This document shows positions 25,501-38,115 of a stretch of 64,000 nucleotides of DNA, one piece after another. A model generated the notes under the pieces. It was not told the DNA's origin, searched no databases, and was given only the letters and a program-made list of their open reading frames with translations. Source of the stretch: Vicugna vicugna (Eukaryota); contig MU058221.1 in assembly GCA_013265495.1 (NCBI GenBank), forward strand, positions 2,294,001-2,358,000, written 5' to 3'. Within the stretch, counting starts at the first letter, position 1. Each line of letters opens with the position of its first letter. The position numbers were made by a program, and so were the translations under genes.

Positions 25501-26094
25501 AGGGGACTGAGATGGGGTGGATTCATTTGCAAGGAAATGAAATGGGCAACAGAGGTTCACTGATCCAAAGATTCATTATCCAAGCGTCCGTGGGTGGAAG
25601 GCGGCGTAACAGGTGCCGAGGAATGAAACCTGCCTTTTATTTTATGGTCTGTGGTGCTCAGAATTGACCTCCTGGTCTTGTGGGGAATACGTATGTATTT
25701 GTACTGCTGGACAGTTTGCCTGACCCCTGACCCCAGGTGCACTGCTGCTGGCTGTCGAGAGATCTGGGGGAAACAGAGAGGGTTAAGGGAGAACTACCCC
25801 TGTAGACAAGTTGGACTGGAATGAATCATTTTTAAAGTAATGGAGTGGACACTGCTCTGCTTAGTAACGGTCCTTTTAAAACTTAGTGTTCATCTTTTTT
25901 TTTTTTTTTTGATTTGGGTCATAATCACGGAACTGTAATTACTTAGAAGAGCCTGACTTGTCATCTGATTCAACTCACTTTACAGAAGAGGAAACAGGTT
26001 CAAAGTGGAAATGAAATGCCATTATCAGTGCATCTGTTTACTATGTAAGACAGGATTCTGGTGAAAATTCTTCTGAAAAATAAATCTATCTCCT

Positions 26095-26800
26095 CAACGG
26101 ACGTGCTCAAAAGTATTTATGGGAGTCCCTGTGATGTATCTGACACTACGCTGGTGTCTGGGGCTGTAGCCACGAGTAAGGCCAGCTTGATCCCTACTTA
26201 ATTAGAAAATTGTGCTTGTGGGAAGGGGGACTGGGGAGGGGTACAGACAGCAAGGCAGTACGTTAACGAGTTGCAGACAAACGTTAAGTGATGTGAAGTC
26301 AGTAAAGGTGTGATGGGTTAGAAGTCCCAGAGGTGCAGGTGAGGGCGTCCTTCAGAGTGAGGCGTCCACATGCTGCTCAGAGGGGCTGGACTTTGATCAG
26401 AGATGACACAGGCATGCGGGGCCAGCTACACGGAGACCGGGGACCAGGTTTTCTGCTTAGAGGGAGCAGCCAGTGCAAAGTCCTGAGCTTGGTGTGTTCA
26501 GTGAACAGACAGAAAACCGTGTGGTTGGGACGCGATGAATGTCAAGGGGTGAAAGATGAGGGTGACGAGGTGCGTGGGGGCAGCTCACGTGGGGCCTTTC
26601 TGAGACTGTGGTCAGAGTCCGATTTTACTCTTCCGCTGAGAAAATGTCAGAAAGCTTTCAGCAGGGGTGTGATGCGATCCGGCTTGAACTTTTAGATGAT
26701 CACTTGGCCTCTGTAGAGAAGGGACTGTGTTGGGACGAGAGAGGCATCCAGGACACCACGTGGGAGAGTGTTTCAGCTGCTCGGGGAAGGGCTGGGGCCT
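26095..26800 (-). mobile_element. L2 LINE relic
   Basis: caaaagtatttatgggagtccctgtgatgtatctgacact...gagggagcagccagtgcaaagtcctgag...gctttcagcaggggtgtgatgcgatc...ttttagatgatcacttggc. Confidence 0.75.
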
Positions 26801-27414
26801 TGGGCGCGGGCGGCATCGGGCATGGGAAGGGGGCCGCAGGCTGGGTATCACCTATCAGCCTTGATCTCATCAGCCGTATAAATCAACAGGAAACATGAAA
26901 GAAGAGATGCGGATTGTGCTAGGAACCTCGTGTAAGGCGACACGAGGCTCAGAAGGCGGTGAGTGGCTTTTAGAAACACAATAAAGCCACGTGCCGAGAA
27001 GCCGGGACGTCCAGGCTGGCCCCCGGAGCGCGCCTGGAGCCGGCTGGCTGTCGGCTACAGCCGAGGCATCGCCCCTCTGCGCCCCCTCCAGCTCTCATGC
27101 TAACCTGGTCTTTTTATTTTCTCCTGTGTTCCGTATGCCTTGTTGCCAACTGATACACACCTTTAATTACCTCCAACAGTTGCTTCCCCCGCAAGCCTCG
27201 ATGTTAACAAGAACACAGTCGCCCCCAGCTGCAAACAAAGGCCACCAGGACCTTCCGTTTTGAGTTCCTGAGGAGGGGAAGTCAGAGCGACACAAGCTTC
27301 AAACATGGAGACTTCTGGAAGCTTTAATACGTTTTTCTGAGTTTCCACGCTCCCCGATCTTGGTGAACATGTTTTAATTTTTCCTTATTCATTCCCAGGG
27401 GGAATGCTGGCTAC

Positions 27415-27595
27415 GAGGGGCAGAGTAATGTCCCCTCAAAGATGCCCACATCCCTGTTACTCAGAACCTATGAGTCTGTCATGTTACTTGGCAGGGGACT
27501 TCGGCCCGCAGACGCAGTGAAGCAGCTGAGTTTAAAATAAAGAGATTATCCTGGGTTTTCAGGATGGGCACAGCTTAATCACAAGGGTCCTTGAT
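27415..27595 (+). mobile_element. MaLR LTR 5' fragment, MLT1D/E-like
   Basis: ggcagagtaatgtcccctcaaagatgcccacatccc...agagattatcctgggttttcaggatgggcacagcttaatcacaagggtccttga. Confidence 0.78.
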
Positions 27596-28710
27596 CGCCA
27601 CTCAGTGCCTTTCACTGTTGTCAGAGCCCTTGTCCTCCGTATTTTACAAAAGAGGAAACTGAGGCAGGATTAGCACCTGGGCTGGGATTCTGGCCCCGGC
27701 AGTGCGACAGCAGCTTCTAAGCGTACGCTGACGTCTTCCTCCGTGACGGTCTCCCTGGTCAGCGCCTGGCAGGTGCAGGGAGGGTGGAAAGGAGGGTGTG
27801 AACTAATTCGTGTGCCCCCGGGTTCATTGGCATCACTTATAGATTTACATCCCTAGGGGACCTTCCACTGCCTCTCATCTCAGGGGCCTCCAAGCTGCTT
27901 CGTGACAGAAAAAGAACTTCTGGACTTTCCTCAGAGTTAAAAAAAAAAGTTAATTAACATTTAGGACCAAGGGTCAAGTTTCAGTGCACATTTCTTGATG
28001 AAGGGCTCACTGTGTTGCAAAAGCTAATGGGAAGTAGAAGATAGTAATGAAAAAAAAACGCTTATGACAAGACAGCTTGACATTTATTTTTCCAATTCAC
28101 AAACTGCGATCTGTGAAGATTCTACTGAGCGTCTCACCTGGGCTGGGAGGCCTTGCGTGAGGTCGGGAGTGAGGGCTCTGCTCTGTTTCTAGAATAGTGT
28201 TGCATGGGTGCACGTGACAGAGCATAAGAACACGCCGCAACACGCAACTAGCCACAGGGGAGAGCGCGGTTAACCATCAGGAGCCTCAGGGATGCAGATT
28301 CGCCCAACCATGAGGCCCTGGGCCGCAGCCCCACTTGACAAAGGTGTCCTCACCAAGGGGAAGAGGCGCTGAGCCGTCACATGACTGTGATGTAAGAACT
28401 TCATGTCACTCTGGACCTTGGCCAGTGGGAAGGGCATAAGAAAGGAAATAATTGAGTCCAGCCCCCAGGACACATGCAGAAAAAGTGCCCAGATTTTGGA
28501 AGACAAGATTGGAAAACACGAACTGGAAAGAGTATGCTTTTTGGTAAAAGAAGCTTGAAAAACTTAAAAGAGAAAGACATATAAGTGGAAAACAAAATCA
28601 GAAAGAAAACCTGAATTAACTAAATGTAGTTGTTATTTATTTAGCACCTTCATTAATAATGATTGTGCAGTTTCCCATCCAAAAACACACATTTTTGAGA
28701 TGATAATTTT

Positions 28711-28854
28711 GAAGAAGGAGGAGGAGGAAGAGGAGGGGGAAAAGGAAGAGGAGGCGGAGGAGGGGAGAGAGGGAGGAAGGAAAGGAAAGGGAAAAGAAGG
28801 GAAGGGAAGGGAAGGGAAGGGAAGGGAAGGGAAGGGAAGGGAAGGGAAAAGGAA
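28711..28854. repeat. Polypurine tract ending in (GAAGG)10
   Basis: 144-nt purine run with a single C; perfect GAAGG units at 28796-28845. Confidence 0.95.
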
Positions 28855-29199
28855 TCTTAACTGTCTTGCAGAATGTGCCAGGGCCTGCTGACATTTCCAG
28901 TTCTCCCTAACTTTGGACACAGAAAGTGTGTAATCTGCATGATTGCTCCACACAATCTGAAGTCAGCAGAGGAGGGCTCATATTTGATGACTGTACTGTT
29001 GGGGAAAGTGTGCATGAGTGACGTTTCAAGCCCTTGAGCAAGATTTTCAGCAGTAACGAAGGGCTTGTGGGCAATAGTGCTCTTGCCACCTTGGGGGTTC
29101 TGGAGATCTGGGTTCTGCTTCAGTGTCCTCAGTCCTCAAAGCCGGGAGCTCAAGGCTGGATGCAGACACCATGGGCAGAAGCATTTACCCAGGAATAGC

Positions 29200-30425
29200 T
29201 GTATTTTTTTCTCTTAATTAAACAATAAACAGATAAATGCGCTGAACCCAGAAGCCAAAATATAAAGATGCAGTGTTTGACTTCATAAAAATGAAAACCT
29301 TCAATATCATGAATTTAAGGTGAAAAACTGAGTGATGGACTGGGAGGCATTATTCGTAACGTATGTAGCAGACACATGATTCATCTCCAGTGTGTGCAAA
29401 GAGCTCGTACAAATCAAGGAAAATTTGAAAAATGAACAAAAGATATGAAAACATATCTAGGAGAGAAATATAAATGGTCAATAGACATGAAAAAATGCGT
29501 TCAACTTCAATAATAATAGAGGAAATGCAAACTAAAATAGTAACAAAAAATAAAGAAATTTATGATATCCAGTTATGGCAAGAATATGGAAAAATAGCTG
29601 TTTTCATGATAGCAAGCTTCATTATTACAGCTTTTCTGGAGTGTGTGACAATATCTATAAAAAAATTTACATGTGTCTGTCTTTTACCCTAATCATGCCA
29701 TTTATGAGCATCTGCCCCACAGACACACAGATGTGCACAATGATGTTTGCACTCCTTAGATCTTATATCTGTTAAAAAAAATATATGTCATGAGTGAAAT
29801 AAGCCAGAAAGAAAAAGAAAAATACCATATGATATCACTCATATATGGAATACAAAAAAAAAAGAAAAAGAAAAAAAGAAGACACTAATGAACTCATCTA
29901 CAAAACAGAAACAGACTCATAGACATAGTAAACGATCTTATGGTTACTTGGGGTGGGGGAAGAGGGGTGGGAGGAGGGATAAATTTGAGAATTTGAGATT
30001 TGCAAATGTTAACCACTATATACAAAAATAGGTTAAAAAAACAAATTTCTTCTGTATAGCACAGGGAATTGTATTCACTATCTTGTAATAACCTTTAATG
30101 AAAAAAATGAAAATGAATATATGTATGTATATATATATACACACACACACGCACACACGACTGGGACATTATGCTGTACATCAGAACTTGACACATTGTA
30201 TCTAACTGCACTTCAATAAAACATATATACATGATACAAACGTATGAAAGTGCTGAAGAATGGAGCCTTAAAAAATACACGGCAGGTCCTTAACAATGTT
30301 CGCTCTGGAGAGGAGAGTAAATGGCAGATAAGCAAAGAAGGGAGATTGCCCTTTTTATTTAATCATTTCTAAATTGTTTACATTTTTACAGTGAAAGTAT
30401 TTACATTGATACTGTATAATTCAAC
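29200..30425 (+). mobile_element. Ancient L1 (L1M/ME-like) 3' region, interrupted by a younger L1
   Basis: aaatggtcaatagacatgaaaaaatgcgttcaacttcaataataatagaggaaatgcaaactaaaa and other degenerate L1 3' motifs on both sides of the young insert. Confidence 0.7.
29789..30221 (+). mobile_element. Young (camelid-type) L1 3' UTR
   Basis: gagtgaaataagccagaaagaaaaagaaaaataccatatgatatcactc...gactgggacattatgctgtacatcagaacttgacacattgta..ctgcacttcaataaa. Confidence 0.92.
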
Positions 30426-30959
30426 ATGTATTGCCATGAACAAAGTTTTTTAAAACCTGTTAGAAAATTGTTATGTTTGAGTAATTCTGATGGGTAGGTG
30501 GCAGCTGTGTTCAGATGGTGACTGAGGGCACTCTAGAATAGAGGTGCGAGGAACATGTGAATGATGACGTGAGTCCACATACAATTGTGAGAGTGGAAAA
30601 CGGACCACGCTTGTTCTAAAAGCAGAGGAGTAAACCTTGAGGATATTTGCTTTGAAGGTGGCTGCGTGTGACATTTCTCTTCTCTTAGAAATCACACAAA
30701 CATAAGAAGAAGAAGGCAAAAATGTTAATCTCTTTTTCCTTGACGTTGCCTCAACTCGGTAGACTTCATAAGTATCTTATAAGGAAGGTCAAAGCTGAGA
30801 TGGAGCCAGACTTGCCGAGGAGGCGGAGGGGGAGGACGTGAGGGTGTCATAGCACATCTCAGACAGCACCACGAGAATGCCCTTTCTGCAGGTCTCAACC
30901 CTGTGCCAGCCTGTAAATGCTGTGACCACAATCTTACGGAAACTCTTACGAAAACCTTG

Positions 30960-33310
30960 CACAGAATATGACCAAGCAGGAAGGAGTCACCAAGTGAAGG
31001 AGTAATACTTTTTGATGAGTTGGGGTTTATTGGGATGATACAAAGTCATTGTACTTATAAAAGGTAAAACGGTCCTGTGATCAATCATCTCCACAGATCC
31101 CGAAACAAAAATTTATCAGAATTCAGCAGTCATTCTTGATTTGAAAAAAGCACACACTCAAAATGAAAATACATGGATACATTTCTTTTTTACTATTTAT
31201 TTTTACTGAAGTATAGTCAGTTTACAATGTGTCAGTGTCTAGGTGTACAGCACAATACTTCATTCATATAGGAAGATGCTTTTGTAGTGTGATAAAATGT
31301 AGCAGTCTTGGCTCCAAAACTAATACCTGAACAATTACTAGAAAATACAAAATTCAGTGAAGGGCTAGTATATGAAATGAATGTGCAGAATCAATAACCT
31401 CTGTTAAATAGCTGGTTAGAAACATCATTTTGAAAAAGCAACGTACAAAAAAATGGAAATATTCCAAAATAAACATTTTGTTTTGCATGACCCCCTATAA
31501 AGAAACTTTCCACCACTTCTGAAAACCACAGAGGAAGTCTGGAACTAGTGAAAGGACGCACCGCGTGCTCGGAGAAGATGACGTAATAGTATAAAGATGG
31601 CGGATGTCACTAAGTCAATTTACAAATGTAACGTGATGTCGGTAAAACGGCATCACATTTGTAGAATCAGACGTGTCTATTCTAACATCCATGTGCAGAA
31701 ATAAACTAGTCATAAAATGTATGAATACCAAAAACGAAGATCAATGGAAGTGTGTAGGAACAGCTGAGAAGACAGCATAGCTGAGGAGATTTCTGGGAAA
31801 GAATGACAATCACAGACAGTGGATCCAAATGCATTTGGAGATTCATTGTATGCAAAATGCACCATTTCAAATCAGTGAGGAAACAAGATCATTCAATAAA
31901 TAGGATAGTAGTCTAAAACAAAGACATACAATTCGAGTAGGAGTGACATCTCAAACCGCTCGTCAGTATAAATTACAAACAAGTCAAACCTATCAGTGTA
32001 GAAAATGAAACCAAAAAAAAAAGTAAAGAAAACACATGGACAAACCCCTTTATAATCTTGGAGTTGAAAGGCTTTTAAATTATGACTTAAGATCCACTCG
32101 TCATTAAAGGAAAAAAAAAGATAAATCCAGCCATATGAAAATGAAAAACCTTCTGCATGGGGAAGATTTTAAAAGACCAATAATAAACTGGGAGAAGTAT
32201 TTCCATCTCATGTTAACAGGCAAAGGCCAAATGCCCTCATAGAAAAAGAGGGTCTGGAAATTTTGAAGGAAAAAAACCTTTGACCCAAAAGAAAAAGTGG
32301 TAAAGAATATAAACAAGTAGTCACTGACAAGAAAATGCAAAGATAACAATTGCTCAATTTCAGTCTTAATAAAAAAGATGCAAATTAAAAGTGAGTTGAG
32401 ATACTGGTTTTCCCCCTACCTATCAGAATGGCGGAAACCTAGGATTTGATGGTACAGTCTGTCAGTGAGGCCGTGAGGAAATGAACGTTCACACACAGTG
32501 CTGGGGGGAGCATAAATTCTACAGCTCCTGTGAAAACCTATTTGAAAAATAACTGCACTGACCAGTAACACTATTTAACAAGTATTGCAGTAAACATTCC
32601 TTACAGGTACCATTTATTTAAAAACAATTTTCTTAGTTTGCTCCAAAGTTAAAATAATTAACTGTCCAAGCATTATTATTCTACTTGTCTGAAAACCATT
32701 GTATCCTTTATTTTCCAAACCCCAGCTCGATCCGTGAATACTCTAGGATGATGTAAAGCAGATAGGAATGTGTATGTATACATTTGTTGCGCACTTGCAC
32801 ATCACATCGATGTACCTCGTATAGAAGGTGGTCCTTTTGTGACGCCTCTTTGGTCTATTCTGAGTAGCTGCAGTGCTTTCTTAGGGAATTGACAGGGCAA
32901 AGCTGTTTCTCTGTTGGCTTTGGGCTGTATGTGTGCACTAAATCTTTATCCTAAGGGATAAGTGGAAACTTCTCTTTGATTTTTTTTAAAATGAGAGTTT
33001 TCATTTACACCTATATTAACATCGTAATGATAAAAGTAGTTTAAAAATAAAATAAATAAAGATTAGTATGAAAATTACACACTTTCAAATGCATATAACC
33101 ACTCTGAGAATACAGAGGAATTCTATGATTGGAGTTTATTCCTTATATTATGTGAAATAATATGTAAAAGTTTATTATGGTAGCTTTTTTTTTTTAATAG
33201 TGAAAATTAGGGGGAAAGCCGATGTTCGTCACTAGGGGAGTGGTTCAACGAAGTGTGGCCCAGCCACACAAATGAATATTATGTAACTGGAAAAACAGAC
33301 AAACGTGTCC
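30960..33310 (+). mobile_element. Ancient L1 ORF2/3' relic, interrupted at ~31185-31275 (short young L1 end, minus strand) and ~32551-33060 (unrelated insert)
   Basis: atcatctccacagatcccgaaacaaaaatttatcagaattcagcagtcattcttgat (ORF2-like); gatgcaaattaaaagtgagttgagatac...acctatcagaatggc; L1 resumes at ~33070 (caaatgcatataacc...ggagtttattcct). Confidence 0.72.
32551..33060 (+). pseudogene. Candidate retroposed mRNA 3'UTR fragment (source gene unknown)
   Basis: Non-L1 sequence splitting two contiguous parts of an old L1 and ending in the A-rich tail ttaaaaataaaataaataaa; no clear TSD. Confidence 0.4.
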
Positions 33311-34008
33311 CCTCTCTATGTGCCGTTTGGCAGCGATCACCAGACACTCTGCTCAGAGAAAACACAGTAAGAAGAGGAGGGCGTGCAGCAGGCTGCCTTT
33401 TGTGTTAAAAAGGGAAAATAAATGGCATACATTCATATTGCAGGTTTCCAGTCCTGCCTCCACTAGTTACCTCTGGGCGAGCTGGGGCAAGCTGTGTATT
33501 ATGCCTGGGCTTCAGTGGCATTATTACCTGAGAATGTAGGGAACCACTGCCACCTGAAAAGGTTTCAGAAGAATTGAGTTTGAAAAAGACACATGAAGCA
33601 TCTAGCAAGACATTTGGTTCATAATAAGTGTTCCAAAAAGCGTAGTTACTAGTATTAGAAGGGGCTCCGCCTTCACTATGTAAACTTTAGGAAACAGTGA
33701 CAGCCCATCACCTACTGATATTTCTTATTTCTTACTGAGGCCCACCCGGTGTACTTACACGTATATATTACACCATATGATATGTTATATATCTCATTAA
33801 CAAAGTACCAAACTGCCTGGAGATTGAAGGAAGGTAACATTATAATTCAAACATTAAGAAATACAGACCATTAAGGCTCCATCTGAAATCACATATCTTA
33901 AAAAAAAAAAAAAAAAGCAACAAGGAAGTAAAATCCGATTTGTGTAAAATTTAATTTGCACAAGTTCTAGGAGAAGCAGCCACTGGGTAAAGTGACTTCC
34001 ACCCGTAT

Positions 34009-34039
34009 TGACTCATGAGTCACCTTCATTTCCTAGGAA
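34009..34039. promoter_or_regulatory. Candidate enhancer core: double AP-1 palindrome plus TTC-N4-GAA (STAT6/BCL6-like) site
   Basis: TGACTCATGAGTCA at 34009-34022 and TTCCTAGGAA at 34030-34039, in unique sequence. Confidence 0.5.
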
Positions 34040-37000
34040 GACACCAAAACACAGTATCTGGCAATCAGCTTTCCATCTCTCGGTGCAGCCTGAGGAACTG
34101 GGTGGAAACCAGCTGGTATTGTAAAAAGGAAATCGTGTGGGCCAATTCAGTTTCCTCCTGTGACAGAATGGCAGGTCGCAGAGATAGGAGGAAAGCAATA
34201 GCACGGCAGGTCTTTTGATCTGTCCCACGTGACGGTCTCATCACAGCACTCTGAGGACGGGGTCTCAATCAGGGTCTGGGGAGCGGCTGGCCCCCCCACC
34301 CCTTCTTGGGTCATCCGGTCCCAGCAGAATGCCTGATAAAGCCCGTGTGGCAGTCTGCCAGGAGACGGAAGCTTCTGGGGAATGGTGGGGAATGCAGAGG
34401 AGACAGACGGAGGGGGAAATTAACGCAGACCCAGAGGCAGAGGGAAGGGCGCAGAGACAGAGAATGTGTGTCCGTCTCTAGGATTAGGGGAGTACCCAGT
34501 GTGAACACTCACGGGAAGTGAGCATGAGTTAGGACAACCTGCTTGACGGAAGGGAGCCTCTCATGGTTACATCTCAATGGAAGGGCAGCGAAGCCCCGCT
34601 GTGTCGTCTGTGACGCACAGAAACCTGCAGACAAAGGAGAATGGCTATGCGTGGTTTTGAGTGTGTGTGCTCATGCACGCGTGTGTGTGTCTGTGAGCAA
34701 GAGAGAGCTGACTTAGGGGCTTTGTGTGAAAACTCCATCGGGCCTGAAAGATGGAAGGGCAGACCCAGCCGACTGCAGAGTCAAAGGCTTGAGTGTGAAG
34801 GCGGAGGCTGGACGGGGGCGTTTCCCTGTGGGTAGCTCTCCTCGCTGCGACTCCGTACCTGTTATAGAAACACTGAGGGGTGGGGTAGAGGGCACACATT
34901 CACTTTGACTTCAGTTTGGACCATCCTGCAGTAATCAGGGGAGCCTTCTGGTATAAAGAAGACAGTGGTCTTCTCCCATCCCAGGGAAGCCATAATCTTG
35001 TTCTTAACACCATAAGGTAAATTTTCTCATTAGAAAGTTCTTCATCTGTCATGTCGGTAACCATGTCCTCTTAACTGTGGTGTTGTCGGTTCTCTTAAAA
35101 AAAAAAATCCTCTGTTCCGAACTCATCCTTGGTGACGGCACCATCATAATAGCTTGGTGGTGTTATTCCTGCTCTAGGGCAAGTGATTGGTCTTCTGTTC
35201 ACCACTGCGGAGGAGCTGTTAATGGCATTAATGAGATGACAATGTGACACAGAACTCTGGGTCTTGTCTGTCTCTGTGTGGTTTTTCTGGAGAAGCAAGT
35301 ACAGTTGCTAGAAAGAGACAGCAGCACCGTGGTTTCATGGGATGCCCTGACACTCAGCTCTGAGGTCGCTGTGAAGGTTAACTTAGGTCATGTATGTACA
35401 AGGACAGGCTGTGTCGTCATGGTTTAATAAATGCTTTTTTTTTAAAGTCTAACTTAAACATGGATTACAATCTTCTTTATATACTGTTGTTTGATGACTC
35501 AGGAAATAATGATTCATCTTATGGAACACTGGGCACAAAGGAAGCACCTGACAAATTCATTCTTGGTACCAATGAAATCAGAATAAATAAATGAGAAGCA
35601 TTCACGATAACAGGATAGCCTTTCTGATGACCTTAAGTGGGCAGAGCACAGTGTCTGGGAAATGACGGGTGTTTTATTAAACGTGTGTTGATAGGAGGGG
35701 TGGGCAGAAGACAGCTGGGGAGATGAAATGCGTCAGCTTGACACATGACATTGGCTCGTCCTCACTGATGCGGGTCGGTCTTGAGAATCCAGATAGGAAC
35801 TAACCCCTGATTCTGCACGCAGGCTTCAAGATTTGCATCTTCTCCCCCAGAGAAACCGGTCTGGGGGAGATGGACCATGTCCAGTGCTGTCAGTGGCCCT
35901 CCAGAGGGTCCAGACCCTGCTAACATGAGGCCAGCGTGCCATGTCTTGTCCTTCAGAAGCAGACACGTTGCCTGCAAGGTAGTCTTCTTGTCAAAAGGGA
36001 GATTTAAAAAGGGGCAAAGGGGTAGGGCTTTTCATAACTGAAAGAAACAAAGACTCATTTTCCTTCTTAGCCCTGGACTCCCGGGCTCTGAGGATGCCAG
36101 CATCAGGGGCATGTTGGGGAATCACAGCTCTCCAGCTGATTCTGCATTTTCAGAAATGCCTAAAGTAAGAAATGTTTGTATTATTTTACCAACACATTAA
36201 AGCCAAAGTCTCTGTACTGTGAAGGGGTAGCCTCAAGGCTGGAAAGATCGTGGAGAAACATGTTGGGAGAAAAAAAAAATCAGGGTAGCTGAGCCAGAGG
36301 GAATCGGAACCATGCATGTGGGAGGAGGGTGTTGAGGGCTATAGCGGAACCAGAGATGGTGAATGATGCTGGAGGGAAGGAGGGTAGGCGGGTGCAGGAT
36401 GCCTTCCTGGGTGGGTTTGGAGGGTAGAGTTCTAGGCAATGGCTCATGCAGGGCTACTTGTAAAAGCCTTGCTATGGGTGACCGTCCAGAAAGCCCAGGG
36501 TAGGTGGGGAGTGGGGAGTAAGGCTGCCCATTGTTTTGCTGGACAAGTAGGCAGAAGGCTCCCCCAGCCCTCCGTGTACAGCTGCTGCTCTGGAAGCAGG
36601 GCAGGTGCCCAGGGCACTGGGCGACAGCGGAGGTGTCCACGTGGCTGGACCGTCTAGACAAGCAGGACTTGACTTTGGCTAAAAGCAAGGATGGCCGGGG
36701 AGTGCTGCGTCACAGAGACCGTTACTTCCCGTGTCTTTTTTATCCATCAGTTCCTGGCGTGGTTCCCTGGGGAGGTGTGCTCGCTCAGAAGGTGACCTCA
36801 GAAGAAAGCTGGGGTCCCAGTCAGATGCTCTCCTGACTTGCACACTGAACAAAACTGGGGGTAAAAGCCTTGTCTAAAGGAGACAAGGACCTGGGCGGGA
36901 CGGCTGCCCTGCCAGCCCTCTTTTATCTGGCTTGAATGGGTCTAGATCTAAGGGATGGGTCCTGACCTCTCAGACTCCTGCTTTGGCCTCTCACGGGGTC

Positions 37001-37479
37001 TCCCAACAGATCTCTTGATCTTCCTTTTGGATTTTATTCCTGTGTTCCTTGTGTTCTGTCACTTCTCTGCTGGGAAGATGTGTCTCCTTCGGCACTGTAG
37101 CCTGAGCCTCAAGACGGAAGGACACCAGAGAGTCAGAAGCCTCTTTTCATCTCAGTTCCGTAAACCATGTTAGCATAACCGTTGGCCTGAAGTGGCCAGG
37201 AGCACAAAGCGTGCATTTGTTTGGTATTTTCATAGATTCATCTCATTTTAAAAAGTTTTTAAATTTAAATTAAATGTATCTGTTTATTTGTTTGTTAGTT
37301 TTCGTGGAACAGCATGTTGCTGCATTCCAGACACGTCACTAGCACCCCTGGCCAGGGTAGGGGTGAAAATCACTTCCAGGCCTCTCTGTGAATGGCCCCG
37401 TGCTTTTTCACATAGCGCCAGGATTTTGAAATCTCGGCAGTTTTATGTGGGATAGTTTGAATAAAGTTTTACGAGCCAA

Positions 37480-38115
37480 TGTGTGCGCCCTGTAACCCAG
37501 CAACTCGACTTCTAGGAATTTACTTTAGGACATAATACAGATAATGAGGCAAAGATATAGGCACCAAAAAAAAAAAAAAAGATGCATTAACAAGGATATT
37601 TATGATAAAAAATAATCAATATGGTATTATGATAAAAATAAATTGAAAAAAATTTAAAAACCTTAGCTAAAGGTCCAGAAATTGGTTGAATGAATGATGG
37701 TCAGTCCATACAATGGGATATTGTACAGTTTTTTAAATGGCTCTCTAGAGCTGGGTTCATCCGCAAGGAAGAGCTCCACAGTATTTTGCAAAATGGGAAA
37801 AAATACTGTTAACAATATGATGGGGGGGAGGGTACAGCTCCAGTGGTAGAGCGCATGCTTAGCATGCCCCAGGTCCTGGGTTCAATCCCCAGTACCTTCT
37901 CCTAATTTAAATAAGTAAATAAACAAACAAACAAATAAATAAAATTACTTTCTCCCTTAAAAAAAGATAAACAATATGATGTATTTAGAGTATATGAAAT
38001 TTGCTAGTGTAAATGATACTTATATCTGGGTGATAGGATTGTGAGTGATTAAATTTTCTTCCAAATAATTTTTAGTATTTTTCATTATTCAGAGTAGACA
38101 TTTATGTTTTGTATC
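37480..38115 (+). mobile_element. Ancient L1ME-like 3' relic (hosts a SINE)
   Basis: ccctgtaacccagcaactcgacttctaggaatttact...attggttgaatgaatgatggtcagtccatacaatgggatattgtacag...atatctgggtgataggattgtgagtgatt. Confidence 0.75.
37823..37969 (+). mobile_element. tRNA-derived SINE (Vic-1-like) with perfect TSD
   Basis: ggggagggtacagctccagtggtagagcgcatgcttagcatgccccaggtcctgggttcaatccccagtacc plus A-rich tail. TSD aacaatatgatg 37811-37822 / 37970-37981. Confidence 0.93.

Noticed and set aside
28633..28953. Glu/Gly/Lys-rich and Pro/Ser/Phe-rich ORFs
   Set aside because: Translations of the polypurine microsatellite.
37823..37900. tRNA gene-like sequence with A and B boxes
   Set aside because: Followed by an A-rich tail and bounded by a TSD, with five related copies in the window: a SINE, not a tRNA gene.
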